From: Euryarchaeota archaeon UBA242
GTDB taxonomy: Archaea; Thermoplasmatota; Poseidoniia; Poseidoniales; Poseidoniaceae
Assembly: GCA_002499015.1 (NCBI GenBank)
Contig: DAJY01000098.1
Location: forward strand, 4,045 to 68,044
Direction: 5' to 3'
Length of the DNA stretch: 64,000 bases
Positions 51,638 through 61,100 of this stretch are shown one piece after another. Within the stretch, counting starts at the first letter, position 1, and each line of letters opens with the position of its first letter. Below the pieces are notes generated by a model. The model saw only the letters and a program-made list of their open reading frames with translations, ran no database searches and was not told the DNA's origin. The position numbers and the translations under genes were made by a program.

Positions 51638-52680
51638 TCTCCACCCTCCTTTTGCCTTTTTAATAGGCGCCGAACATCTTCTTTACGCCCAAGAGCACCA
51701 TACAGTTCCACTGCTATCGATAATTTCCCTTCATCTTCTGCATTTTGAGCTCGGATGAATAAGTCCTTTCTTTCATCCCAGTTTCTTGCCATTGCCGCCT
51801 CTGCTGCAGCCTTAAATCGTCCTTTTCGCTCGGACTGTGCTAGATGCGGTGCAGACCATTTACGAATTAACCCTGAACGTGTTGCTGTGACCATTGAATC
51901 TGCTGTAAGGCCAACGAGTAGGTCTCCTAAGTCCATAGAATCACCAAGGGTTTCAACATCTTCTTCCAATGTCCTTGATATGTGATAGAGGCGCCCTTCA
52001 ATGCCCAATACCCACCAACCATCAGCACTGTTTATTCCTTCCATGGCTTCAATTGAGTCTTGTTCAAGTCGGATCAAATCATCCCATCCGAATGGATGAG
52101 GAATACCTTGCCACAAACTACCATCGCTCGATTGTAATATGATTCTGCCATTTACTAATTCACTTGACCAACTCCAAATTCTGTCTTCAAGACACCTTTT
52201 CTTATCTGAACCGGTCAATCTACCGCACCAAACCCTTCCATCGCTTGCCTGCCACATCAAATGCTCTCTATCCAGCCAACCAATTAATCTCCTGACCATT
52301 CCACTGTCCATACGACGAATTCCTCTTCCCTCCTGAGAGAAAAGATGCATGTTTCCATCTCTACCAGATAAGACCCAACCTCCACCAGGCCTCGCTTTTA
52401 TTCGAGTAAATCCTCCAGGACTACTTCGGCCTTCGTGGAGTAATGAACCATCCCTAGTCGACATAACATAGAACCCATGTGCTGCTAATACTCCAAGAAG
52501 ACCTTGCCCACTATCAATTGCATGAACTTTGAATGGCATAACGACTGACCATCTTTCACTGCCATCATGCTCATAGAAAGATAAGTTTAATCCGCTACTA
52601 ACAACTAATCCGCCTTCGCTTGCTGCAATGGTCGAAATAATGCTTGGTGTTTGTTTGGACCAAGTGATTTCCCAAGCCAT
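51634..52680 (-). CDS. Beta-propeller (PQQ-like repeat) protein with C-terminal TPR-like helical tail
   Basis: 348 aa. Repeated xDGxhW blades (RDGSLL, RDGNMH, SDGRVW, SDGSLW). C-terminal KAAAEAAMARNWDERKDLFIRAQNAEDEGKLSIAVELYGALGRKEDVRRLLKR, TPR-like. Its start overlaps the stop of the upstream gene by 1 nt. Confidence 0.5.
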   Translation of the reverse strand: MAWEITWSKQTPSIISTIAASEGGLVVSSGLNLSFYEHDGSERWSVVMPFKVHAIDSGQGLLGVLAAHGFYVMSTRDGSLLHEGRSSPGGFTRIKARPGGGWVLSGRDGNMHLFSQEGRGIRRMDSGMVRRLIGWLDREHLMWQASDGRVWCGRLTGSDKKRCLEDRIWSWSSELVNGRIILQSSDGSLWQGIPHPFGWDDLIRLEQDSIEAMEGINSADGWWVLGIEGRLYHISRTLEEDVETLGDSMDLGDLLVGLTADSMVTATRSGLIRKWSAPHLAQSERKGRFKAAAEAAMARNWDERKDLFIRAQNAEDEGKLSIAVELYGALGRKEDVRRLLKRQKEGGE

Positions 52681-54773
52681 TAGAACTCACCCCCCATCAG
52701 ATTCCATGCGGTCAATTGGGCTCTTGCAGATTGAGTTAATGTGAACAGTCGGCTTTTTCCAACTTTACGAGCGTTTAGAACTCCGCCCTTATGTAAGCGA
52801 TTACTTATTTGAGACAGTCTAGCTCTTTTTATGTTTAATTCTTGTAATAGTTCTTGGTCTGATGGAGAATATTTTCTTTCATTAGCGGTTGCAACAACAA
52901 CTGCCTCATGAGGTGATAAATTAGATAATACGCTCGTGTTTAATGGATGGTCGATTCTTTCTCCCATCTTTGGTTGCCTCAAACTCGTAAGTGCATCTAT
53001 CAATCTTCTTCGATCAATCGTGCCATCTTGCTTTTGTGGTGCTAGCAAAGCGGTTTGAAGTGCATTGACTAGATTTGAGAATGTTTTCATGTCACCTTTT
53101 GACACAAATTCAGAATTTGATACCGAGTGTTCCGTATCTTGGTAATTACTTTCATCGCTATAATAACTGTTTTCGGCTTCTATTGGACCATCAACATCGT
53201 CATCCATGTAACCTGTTTCGTCATGCAGCATCGCAGTACCATCTCCTTCCAATCCTTCATCGCTTGATTCATCGATTAGGTTAGAATCTTTGGCCACCCA
53301 CAATTCTGCCCCTTTTACAACTGCTGATTGTTCATAATCATCCGGGTTTTGAGGGTATTTGTCTGGCGCCTCTCTCATTCTTCTGACCAATGAGCCAAAC
53401 ATTCCTGTCATTTCAACTGGTATTGGCTTAGTAGTTTCATTGTTGATTTCATCACTATCATAAACATCAAATGGTGTTTCCTTTAGAGGGGCGTCGTTAT
53501 CCTTTGAACTGCCTAAATCATCTAAATCTAAATCAAATCCAGAAAGTGAACCGCCTGGACCATGTATTTCTTGGAAATTATCATCTTGCGTTGTTTCTGA
53601 GTTCAGTTCATCGTTTTGGGGTCTAGATTGCCAAGGAGTGGAAGCATCCATGACCTCTACGCCGGCATCTTCTGAAGGATCTATTGATTTTTCAATCGAT
53701 TCGATGTATTCCTCTCCTAGTTCACCTATTAATCTACCAAAAATATCAGGTTGGTCATTATCTGCCGCAGAGGCGTCTAATTTGGCATCATCACTATTTC
53801 CCTCAATACTCGGCTCTGGCATCAAATCATTGGCAGATAAGTCACGCATAGAGGTGAAAATGCCTGTTGTAGATGCTTCTGGTTGTTGTGTAGGGAGTAT
53901 TGCACTAGTATCGAATCCCTTTCTGTCACGTGAAATGTGATTTATATTATCTTGAGCCACTTGGTTTTGAGTCATCCGGTTGTTGTCTACTGCGTCCCTC
54001 ATCACCCTGACAATCGAGGCAGGAAGGCCGTCGGTCATGGATAATAGGTGCTCAGCATCCTCTTTTGGAAATGAGTACTGAGTACTACAAGCCGAACGTA
54101 TTCTCAGATTTACCATTTCTTGAATAGACTCAACACTTAGTGGATTCAGCGTGTTCACCATGTCAAATCTATTCAATACCGCTTCTGGTAAATGCGCTTT
54201 TTGTTTATGATCCAACACCACCACCATCAAAACCTGTAATCGTTCAATAACAGGTAAAGTATCTCTTAGTGCCACATTTAGAACTGCGGAATCAACCGTG
54301 GGTACATCGATTACCACCAGTGGCAGTTTACCAGTGAAGGATTTACTAGTTTCAACCATTTCCGAAACAATCGCCGAATAATGTGAAGGAATATTCGGGC
54401 CAACTAGCCCCAAATATAATGATTCCAACAGACTTTTAGCGGGAGCAGATGCATGAATATGGTCTAAGTGTAGCGAAAGTGGTGCCTCCTTTCCTAAGCA
54501 TCTCAACAATGAAGTACGGCCAGAACCGACACTACCAACCATCAAAATACGCCTAGTTGAACAGAAATGGATGTGTTGGGCTAGACTATCAAATACTTCA
54601 TTACGCCCTACTAAGAGGCTTTTTTGGCCTTCTTCTAGGGGTGATGTAGAAAATGGATTGTGGAATAAGAGAGGGAGTTCTATCTCTTTACCTTCTATCC
54701 GCATACTCCGAGCAATTCGAAGTGGGTATTTATTGTTTGACCTAATCAATAGGCCCCGCAGACGTGTTAACAC
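52680..54773 (-). CDS. Degenerate Orc1/Cdc6-like (or STAND-like) P-loop domain, long acidic disordered linker, then C-terminal winged-helix DNA-binding domain (novel architecture)
   Basis: 697 aa. The N-terminus (about 260 aa) shows a Cdc6-like pre-Walker region (LLVGRNEVFDSLAQHIH), Walker A with K->R (MVGSVGSGRTSLL), Walker B-like LPLVVIDVP with no catalytic Glu, and a lid-like helical region. A roughly 300-aa Asp/Glu/Ser-rich low-complexity linker follows. C-terminal wHTH (LQELNIKRARLSQISNRLHKGGVLNARKVGKSRLFTLT). The track start at 54773 is GTG; the in-frame ATG at 54704 (MRIEGKEIELP...) is the likelier start. Confidence 0.55.
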   Translation of the reverse strand: MLTRLRGLLIRSNNKYPLRIARSMRIEGKEIELPLLFHNPFSTSPLEEGQKSLLVGRNEVFDSLAQHIHFCSTRRILMVGSVGSGRTSLLRCLGKEAPLSLHLDHIHASAPAKSLLESLYLGLVGPNIPSHYSAIVSEMVETSKSFTGKLPLVVIDVPTVDSAVLNVALRDTLPVIERLQVLMVVVLDHKQKAHLPEAVLNRFDMVNTLNPLSVESIQEMVNLRIRSACSTQYSFPKEDAEHLLSMTDGLPASIVRVMRDAVDNNRMTQNQVAQDNINHISRDRKGFDTSAILPTQQPEASTTGIFTSMRDLSANDLMPEPSIEGNSDDAKLDASAADNDQPDIFGRLIGELGEEYIESIEKSIDPSEDAGVEVMDASTPWQSRPQNDELNSETTQDDNFQEIHGPGGSLSGFDLDLDDLGSSKDNDAPLKETPFDVYDSDEINNETTKPIPVEMTGMFGSLVRRMREAPDKYPQNPDDYEQSAVVKGAELWVAKDSNLIDESSDEGLEGDGTAMLHDETGYMDDDVDGPIEAENSYYSDESNYQDTEHSVSNSEFVSKGDMKTFSNLVNALQTALLAPQKQDGTIDRRRLIDALTSLRQPKMGERIDHPLNTSVLSNLSPHEAVVVATANERKYSPSDQELLQELNIKRARLSQISNRLHKGGVLNARKVGKSRLFTLTQSARAQLTAWNLMGGEF

Positions 54774-54823
54774 ATGTTAATCAAATCACCATAGCACTAA
54801 TTTGAGGTCTTTACAGGAGTAAA

Positions 54824-54878
54824 TAACGCAACTCTAACGCATGACTAACGCGTTAGGTGAAGCGTTAAACGCGTTAAT
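54824..54878. promoter_or_regulatory. Cluster of TAACGC/GCGTTA half-sites including the perfect palindromes TAACGCGTTA and AACGCGTT (putative dimeric transcription-factor operator array)
   Basis: In the divergent intergenic region between the P-loop/wHTH gene and hmgA. TAACGC at about 54824 and 54835. TAACGCGTTA at about 54846-54855. GCGTTA at about 54862. AACGCGTT at about 54868-54875. Five occurrences of a 6-nt motif in about 55 bp, two of them as inverted repeats, is unlikely by chance. The site lies just upstream of a TATA-like TGATAAATAC (about 54891). Confidence 0.4.
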
Positions 54879-54944
54879 CGATAGCATATCTGATAAATAC
54901 GAAAACAACACATCCAGGTCTAATCAAGCGATGTCTTGATGTGA

Positions 54945-56276
54945 TTGAGATTAGTGGCTCAGCACAGAGGAAGCGATATGTCTGTTGAAAATAGTCGCCT
55001 CAGTGGTTTTTTCCGGCTATCTGTTACCGAGCGTAGGCAAATTGTAGCCGAAGCAGCAGGTCTCAGCCAACAACAAATCGATGCACTGGCAGCCCATGGC
55101 GAGTTATCTGAAGATGCTGCCAACAATATGATCGAGAATGTGATTGGAACTATGTCCTTGCCCGTCGGAGTGGCAACAAACTTTGTTATCGATGGAAAAC
55201 ACTACCTAATACCATTCTGTTTAGAGGAATCTAGTGTTGTTGCTGCAGCATCCAATATGGCTAAGCGTTGCCTTTCTAGAGGTGGTTTCCGCACAAAAAA
55301 TGACGGCCCAATGATGATTGGTCAATTACAGATTCTAGATTTAACCGATATTCCAGCAGCGATTTCAATTCTTGAAGATTCCAAAGATGAATTGATGAAA
55401 ATATGTAACGACAGGCCGAGTACTATGATCAAACTAGGTGGTGGATGCAAAGAAATCGAATTGAGAGTGATCGAAAGCCTATCTGGACCAATGCTAATAT
55501 TGCACATTTTAGTTGATACAAGGGATGCTATGGGCGCAAATGCAGTCAATACAATGGCCGAACTTATTGCCCCAGAAGTTGAAAGGCTAACCGGTGGAAG
55601 AGTCCACTTGAAGATACTATCCAACCTTGCAGCACATCGTTTAGCAAGAGTTGAGGCTACCTTTACTGCTGAAGATTTATCAGATGATGGAACTCGAGAA
55701 AATGGATTACAGATCATTACAGGTATATTGGAAGCATATCATTTCGCCATTGCAGACCCATTTAGGGCAGTCACACATAACAAAGGAGTGATGAATGCCA
55801 TCAGTAGTGTTTCTGTAGCCTGTGGACAAGATTGGAGAGCAATAGAGGCGGGATGCCATGCTTGGGCATCACATCGATCAGGAATCTACTCATCGATGAC
55901 ACAATGGGTACAAGATGAGAATGGTGACCTTGTGGGCTCTATTGAGACCCCAATGGCCGTAGGGATTGTCGGGGGAGCGATTAAGGTGCACCCTGTCGCT
56001 AGGGCTAATTTGGCGATCCTCGGTGTTGATTCCGCTCAAGAATTAGCAGGTGTCATCGCAGCATCTGGATTGGCACAGAACTTAGGAGCTCTAAGAGCAC
56101 TATCAACCAGCGGAATTCAATCTGGCCATATGAAACTACATTCTCGCAATATGGCGGTTAGCGCAGGCGCTTTAGATGACGAAGTCGGAATCATCTCACA
56201 GCGATTACAGGCTTTCAATGGCCCTAAAACTCAAACTAAAGTCCAAGAGTTACTTGAACAACTAAGAAATGAATAA
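54945..56276 (+). CDS. hmgA: 3-hydroxy-3-methylglutaryl-CoA reductase, class II
   Basis: 443 aa. ENVIGTMSLPVGVATNFVIDGKHYLIPFCLEESSVVAAASNMAK and DTRDAMGANAVNTMAE are class II HMGR signatures. The track start is TTG at 54945; the in-frame ATG at 54978 (MSVENSRL) is the likelier start. Confidence 0.85.
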   Translation: MRLVAQHRGSDMSVENSRLSGFFRLSVTERRQIVAEAAGLSQQQIDALAAHGELSEDAANNMIENVIGTMSLPVGVATNFVIDGKHYLIPFCLEESSVVAAASNMAKRCLSRGGFRTKNDGPMMIGQLQILDLTDIPAAISILEDSKDELMKICNDRPSTMIKLGGGCKEIELRVIESLSGPMLILHILVDTRDAMGANAVNTMAELIAPEVERLTGGRVHLKILSNLAAHRLARVEATFTAEDLSDDGTRENGLQIITGILEAYHFAIADPFRAVTHNKGVMNAISSVSVACGQDWRAIEAGCHAWASHRSGIYSSMTQWVQDENGDLVGSIETPMAVGIVGGAIKVHPVARANLAILGVDSAQELAGVIAASGLAQNLGALRALSTSGIQSGHMKLHSRNMAVSAGALDDEVGIISQRLQAFNGPKTQTKVQELLEQLRNE

Positions 56277-56278
56277 TT

Positions 56279-56893
56279 TCATTCTTCTGCTTGTTCTAAA
56301 ATGGGTAGAGTTGATTGTACAGTTAAGTCAATGTCTTCTTCTTCCAGCAGTGTTTCAGCACCGACCATCCCATCTAGCATGCCAGATGATTGAACCTGCT
56401 CCCTAAACCATGCCTTGACCTTCTTTCTTTCAGTAAATGGGCAACCAAATGTTTCCGAAAATCTTCGAGTGGTAATCAATCTACGGGTATTTCCATCTTT
56501 TCTCCGGTCAACCATTCCCAATTGCGCTAGTTCTCGGACGTAATCATATGCTTTTTGCCCCAACAACTCAACTAATCTAGATTGGGCCATAGGTTGATGG
56601 TATGCGATTAGAGCAGCGGCCTTGAGTAATTTTTGAGGAATTTCTGTTCTTGCTTCTTTAGGTAGATGATCTGCAATTTGTGGTTTGACTTCAATAGCCC
56701 AGCGGTCACCGATTTCTGCTATTTGTAGAGCGCCACCTCTGCGACGTTTCAAGGTGGCTCTAAGTGAATTAAGAGAATCTATCATCTCTTCGGCATCATA
56801 CCCTAATGATTCCGATAATTCTGAAATCGCCATTGAACGACCTGCTCCGAACAATGTTGCTTCAAGTAATGATTCCAATGGTAATTCGCTCAT
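56279..56893 (-). CDS. scpB: Segregation and condensation protein B (ScpB)
   Basis: 204 aa. Tandem winged-helix pattern (LLEATLFGAGRSMAISELSESL...; KLLKAAALIAYHQPMAQSRLVELLGQKAYDYVRELAQLGMV) typical of ScpB. Located immediately downstream of scpA and smc. Confidence 0.8.
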   Translation of the reverse strand: MSELPLESLLEATLFGAGRSMAISELSESLGYDAEEMIDSLNSLRATLKRRRGGALQIAEIGDRWAIEVKPQIADHLPKEARTEIPQKLLKAAALIAYHQPMAQSRLVELLGQKAYDYVRELAQLGMVDRRKDGNTRRLITTRRFSETFGCPFTERKKVKAWFREQVQSSGMLDGMVGAETLLEEEDIDLTVQSTLPILEQAEE

Positions 56894-56905
56894 GTAAATA
56901 ACTCC

Positions 56906-58183
56906 TTACTCCACTAACCACTCATGGTTACCCAATGAGTCCTCAATATTATTTGAATCATTTTTATTTGACTCTACCGCGTTTTCTTGATTGATAATAT
57001 GTTGCACTTGCTCTGGAACCAATACAATTTCAACGGCCTCTTCTGTTTGTAATAATTCTGTCGCCTTTTTCAACGACCTTTCTTCCTTCAGTTTCATTTT
57101 TTTAGCCCTATCCACTAAGTTGTCAGCGTGGCGTTGCGAACCTGTAACTTGTTCTTGGATACGAATAGATTCTTGTTCCTGCTCCGATTTTATCATTTCA
57201 ATAATCTCAGCAAAGTTATTATTTGGTCTTAGATCTTCAAGATATATCACCCCATCTGGAACAGTATCTTGGTAAATGCTAGCAATTCCACGGTGTGTTA
57301 GGAATAAACCTGCAATAAAAGAAGAGACCTTTGCTTCATCTTGATACCCTTCTGGCACTGAACCATATGTTTGCTCCAGGATTAGTTTCAATTCCTCCAT
57401 AACATCAGCAACTGGAACATTATTGGAGCCTGCTTTGAGACATGTTTGTCTCAATGCTCTCCAACAGCGCTCGATATCACCTTCTAGGTCTTCATTGTGC
57501 ATTCTGCCACCGATATCGGATAAGTATTCAGATAATTCTTTTTCGTGAGCAATTCGATTGATTTCTCTTAATTTCAATTCTTCTGCATCATCTGCTGCAT
57601 CCTTGAATGCCGATAACAATTCACCAAGAGTAACTGGTCGTCCTTCCGCCCTACGAACTCTCTCGTCAAATAATGAAGGTAAAACAGAGTCTGCACCACC
57701 TTCAAGGACTGCATTGGTAAAGAAAAATGCTTCATCATCGTATTCTGCTTCCCAGCCGAATTCCATTTCATCATCCCAATCATCTTCTTCATCAGCGCGT
57801 TGAACTCTTTCAAACAATGTTGCTGCTTGGTGATTCAAAACTTCCCACGAAAGACGGATTAATCGGCCACAGGCGGGTAAATCTAATCCGGATGCTTGCG
57901 ATTTTACTCTTTCAGTAAATACTTTCAGGAATGCCGATAAATCGATATTCCAGGCATCTAGTCCCTCTTCTCTAACCAATGATAGAACTAACGCTACAGA
58001 ACGATCGAAAGGATCTTCGAGGCTTTGATGTTCGGCTTCTTCTGTTTTTGCAATATCAATAATACGGTCACTAAAAGATCGAGCTTCACTACTTTCTTCA
58101 CCTGACTCCAGTAATTGGTCGATGATATCCTGCCTGAGGAACCATTTATCCAAAACAGCCTGATGTTCCACCATTATTCTCAC
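56906..58183 (-). CDS. scpA: Segregation and condensation protein A (ScpA kleisin), expanded with acidic insertions
   Basis: 425 aa. Its position between smc and scpB, with a 4-nt overlap with the smc stop, together with N- and C-terminal helical kleisin-like regions, supports ScpA. It is longer than typical ScpA (about 250 aa) because of acidic low-complexity segments. Confidence 0.65.
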   Translation of the reverse strand: MRIMVEHQAVLDKWFLRQDIIDQLLESGEESSEARSFSDRIIDIAKTEEAEHQSLEDPFDRSVALVLSLVREEGLDAWNIDLSAFLKVFTERVKSQASGLDLPACGRLIRLSWEVLNHQAATLFERVQRADEEDDWDDEMEFGWEAEYDDEAFFFTNAVLEGGADSVLPSLFDERVRRAEGRPVTLGELLSAFKDAADDAEELKLREINRIAHEKELSEYLSDIGGRMHNEDLEGDIERCWRALRQTCLKAGSNNVPVADVMEELKLILEQTYGSVPEGYQDEAKVSSFIAGLFLTHRGIASIYQDTVPDGVIYLEDLRPNNNFAEIIEMIKSEQEQESIRIQEQVTGSQRHADNLVDRAKKMKLKEERSLKKATELLQTEEAVEIVLVPEQVQHIINQENAVESNKNDSNNIEDSLGNHEWLVE

Positions 58184-61100
58184 TCCAAGGTTTCCTCTTC
58201 GCCAACAACTTGTGTTTGCTCAACTTCAGCCTCGCCATCTTCTTCTGCCAATATTGCCTTAGCGATTTCTACTCTCTCTTCAATATCTTCAGTCATATCG
58301 GCAGTGCGTTCACTCAAAGATGCAAGAGTGCTTGATTCTCCATCGCTTTGTAATAAATTATCATTTAAAAATGACAATATACCTCCTAGTGAACTAGGAG
58401 CTTCCAATGAATCAGGTACTAATGGCATCTCGAACAAGGCCGCCGCTGCTTCATCGATACGTGATTGGTTTTGTTCGGATGCTTCATTCGCTTCTTTCCA
58501 AGCTCTAGCCCCTAATTCCAATGCTCTTTCCTTATCGAAATCAACAATACGACGACTACATCCATCGCCACCGTGTGTAATTCCGATGTGATGGTCGGCT
58601 AAGCGCAATGATACCTTGCGCAGCGTTACCATGATGAATTGAGCTCTCTTTGAACGTTCACTGCACATCTTAGCAATTCTTTCAGCATTATACCCGTCAA
58701 GATTTTGGTCAACTTCATCGAAGTAGTAGAATGGACTAGGGTCATAATCCTGTATTGCGAAAATCAAGGCAAGTGCTGCCATTGATTGTTCGCCACCAGA
58801 TAGTTGATGACGTGTCACCTTAGCAGATTTTCCACGTGGTTGTGCCCATAACTCTAGGCCACCTTTGAATGGTTCTTTTGGATTCTCAAGGAATAATTCA
58901 CCACGACCTCCATCGCTTAGAGCATTGTATGCAACCTTGAAATTCTCATTTACCTTCTCGAGGACATTTAACAGGCGTTCCTTTCTTTGCGATTCTAATT
59001 GCTCTGTGACATCCAATAAATGCTTCCTGCGGCTCTGTAATGTTTTGAAATCATCTCTCATTTCGTCAAGTCTTTCTTGACAATGATCGAATTGTTCAAT
59101 CGCAAGCATATTGACCGGTCCATATCCATCAAGTTGACGCTCAAGTCCTCTAACTTTCTTTTCTGCATCCCCAACGCTAGGTAGGGTGACATCAATTTGT
59201 GCTGGTTCAATATCTGAATCTGACATTTCAGACAATAATTCATCCAGTGTTTCTTGCTTTAGTGTCAATGAACGACCTATCTCTTCGGCCATTTGGGTAC
59301 GAGAAGTTGCATCATTTGCTCTTTGAGTCAAATCTGCTCTTAGTGAAGCCCTTTCCTCAACTAATTGAACCCGCTCATTTTCTAATCCTTGATTTTCTTC
59401 AAGGAATTCTGAACGCTCAATTTCCTTGGCTGCGAGTTCTATAGAATCAGTTGCTATGGCTGCTTGCATCAAGTCTATCTTTTCACTACGAGATACAATC
59501 GAAATCTTGATAGTAGAAATCCTCCCATCAAATTCGACAACTCTACTAGCGAGTAAATCTCTGTGACCTGAACCGCTAGCAAGTGCATCTTGAGCCCTAT
59601 TCCTCAATCCTTGTGCCTCTAATCGCTTGACTTCCGCCTTGTGTAATCTTTCCTTGAGATGTGCCGGGCTGGCATTTTCTAGACTTGCTTGTTCTACAGT
59701 TCTATCACTTTCAGATTGCTCAAATTGTTTTTGTGCAACATCTAATGCAGCGAGTGTTTGACTCGCTTGGCTTTGCAAAGTACTTAATTTCCTTTCGATA
59801 TCGGCAACTGCCCCCAAAGACTTGTTGTGAGTGGTCCTAGATTGTTTTAGTTCAGCGCGCCATTCTTGTTGCTTTGAAGCATGCTCTCCATCGGTGAGTA
59901 TATTGATTTTCGCTCTTACTTCTGATTGTACCCTCCTAGCATCTACAAGTGCCCCGTTTACCGTTTCTGACATCAATCTTAGTCGTTCTACTTCCGCCGT
60001 TAGTGACTCTAATTCGTTTGCACCTTGCACTCTGCCTCCGAATGAAACTGACATATTTCTCTTAGAACCGCCGATCATTGCACCGCCTGTTTCGGTAACA
60101 TCGCCGCGCAGTGTTACTAATCTCACACCGCCCATATTTGCTCGGGCAGTTGACATTGAATCTACGATTAGAGTGTTCCTCAAAGCGAAGCGAACTGCGA
60201 TATCGATTCTAGAGTCATAATCAAGTAATTCGTATGCAAATCCAACCACACCTGGTTTTCTTGCTACCATCACAGCCTTACCGGCCGCCCTAGTATTTGC
60301 TAGCCGGTTTAGAGGGAGGAATGTTGCTCTTCCAGCTCTTTTCTCTGAAAGCCACTTGATGGCATTTGCTGCAACTTCATCGTTTTCAACAACAACAGAA
60401 GTCATTCCACCGCCTATTGCGGCTGATAGTGCATCTTCATGAGAACTGTTTTTTGGAGCACACAATTCGGCGATTGTTCCGATAATACCGCGTAATTCCC
60501 CTCTATCTCTTGCTGCGATTACAGCTGCTGAACCGCCTGCTAGCCCTTTAGCACCTGTCCTGGATTCCATTTCATTTCTTGCGCTAATCAATTTGCGTTC
60601 AGTTTCACGAAGCCGATTCTCAACAAGTTGTGATTCCTCGGATAATTTCGATTCTGCGTTTTGTGATGCGTGTAATTCGGTTGCGAGTTTCACTCTATCT
60701 TTTTCTGGATCTACGCCACCAAATTCTTCGCCCTTTATTTCAAGTTCCTCAAAGGCCATTCGTGCTTCCTCGGCGGCATCTTGGGCAGCGACTAATTGCT
60801 CTTCGATCACTTCTGCTTGAGCCGCAGTACGGTCAACCTCACTTTGAGCATCCGCCATTGCTTTGCGGCATATCTCAACCTTCTCGGTTGCCTTTGAGAG
60901 ATTACGTGATAATTGGGCTGTTGATTCACCAGATGATTCCAGCAGCGTACTTACATCTGCCTCTTCTTGTTCGGCTTCTTGGAATGCTATTTTTGCACTT
61001 TCTAAATCACTTCTAGCTGAAGAAAGGCTCTCTGCAAACGTAGTTAAGGACTCTTTTGCTTCCTTGAGACTATCAAACAACTCTTGTAATTCAAGTTTGT

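Noticed and set aside
54761-54780. Palindrome-like TTAACACATGTTAA at the annotated GTG start of the P-loop/wHTH gene.
   Set aside because: Only the ACATGT core plus imperfect arms is symmetric, and the sequence overlaps the possible coding start. It is weaker than the TAACGCGTTA array upstream, so I am not calling it a site.
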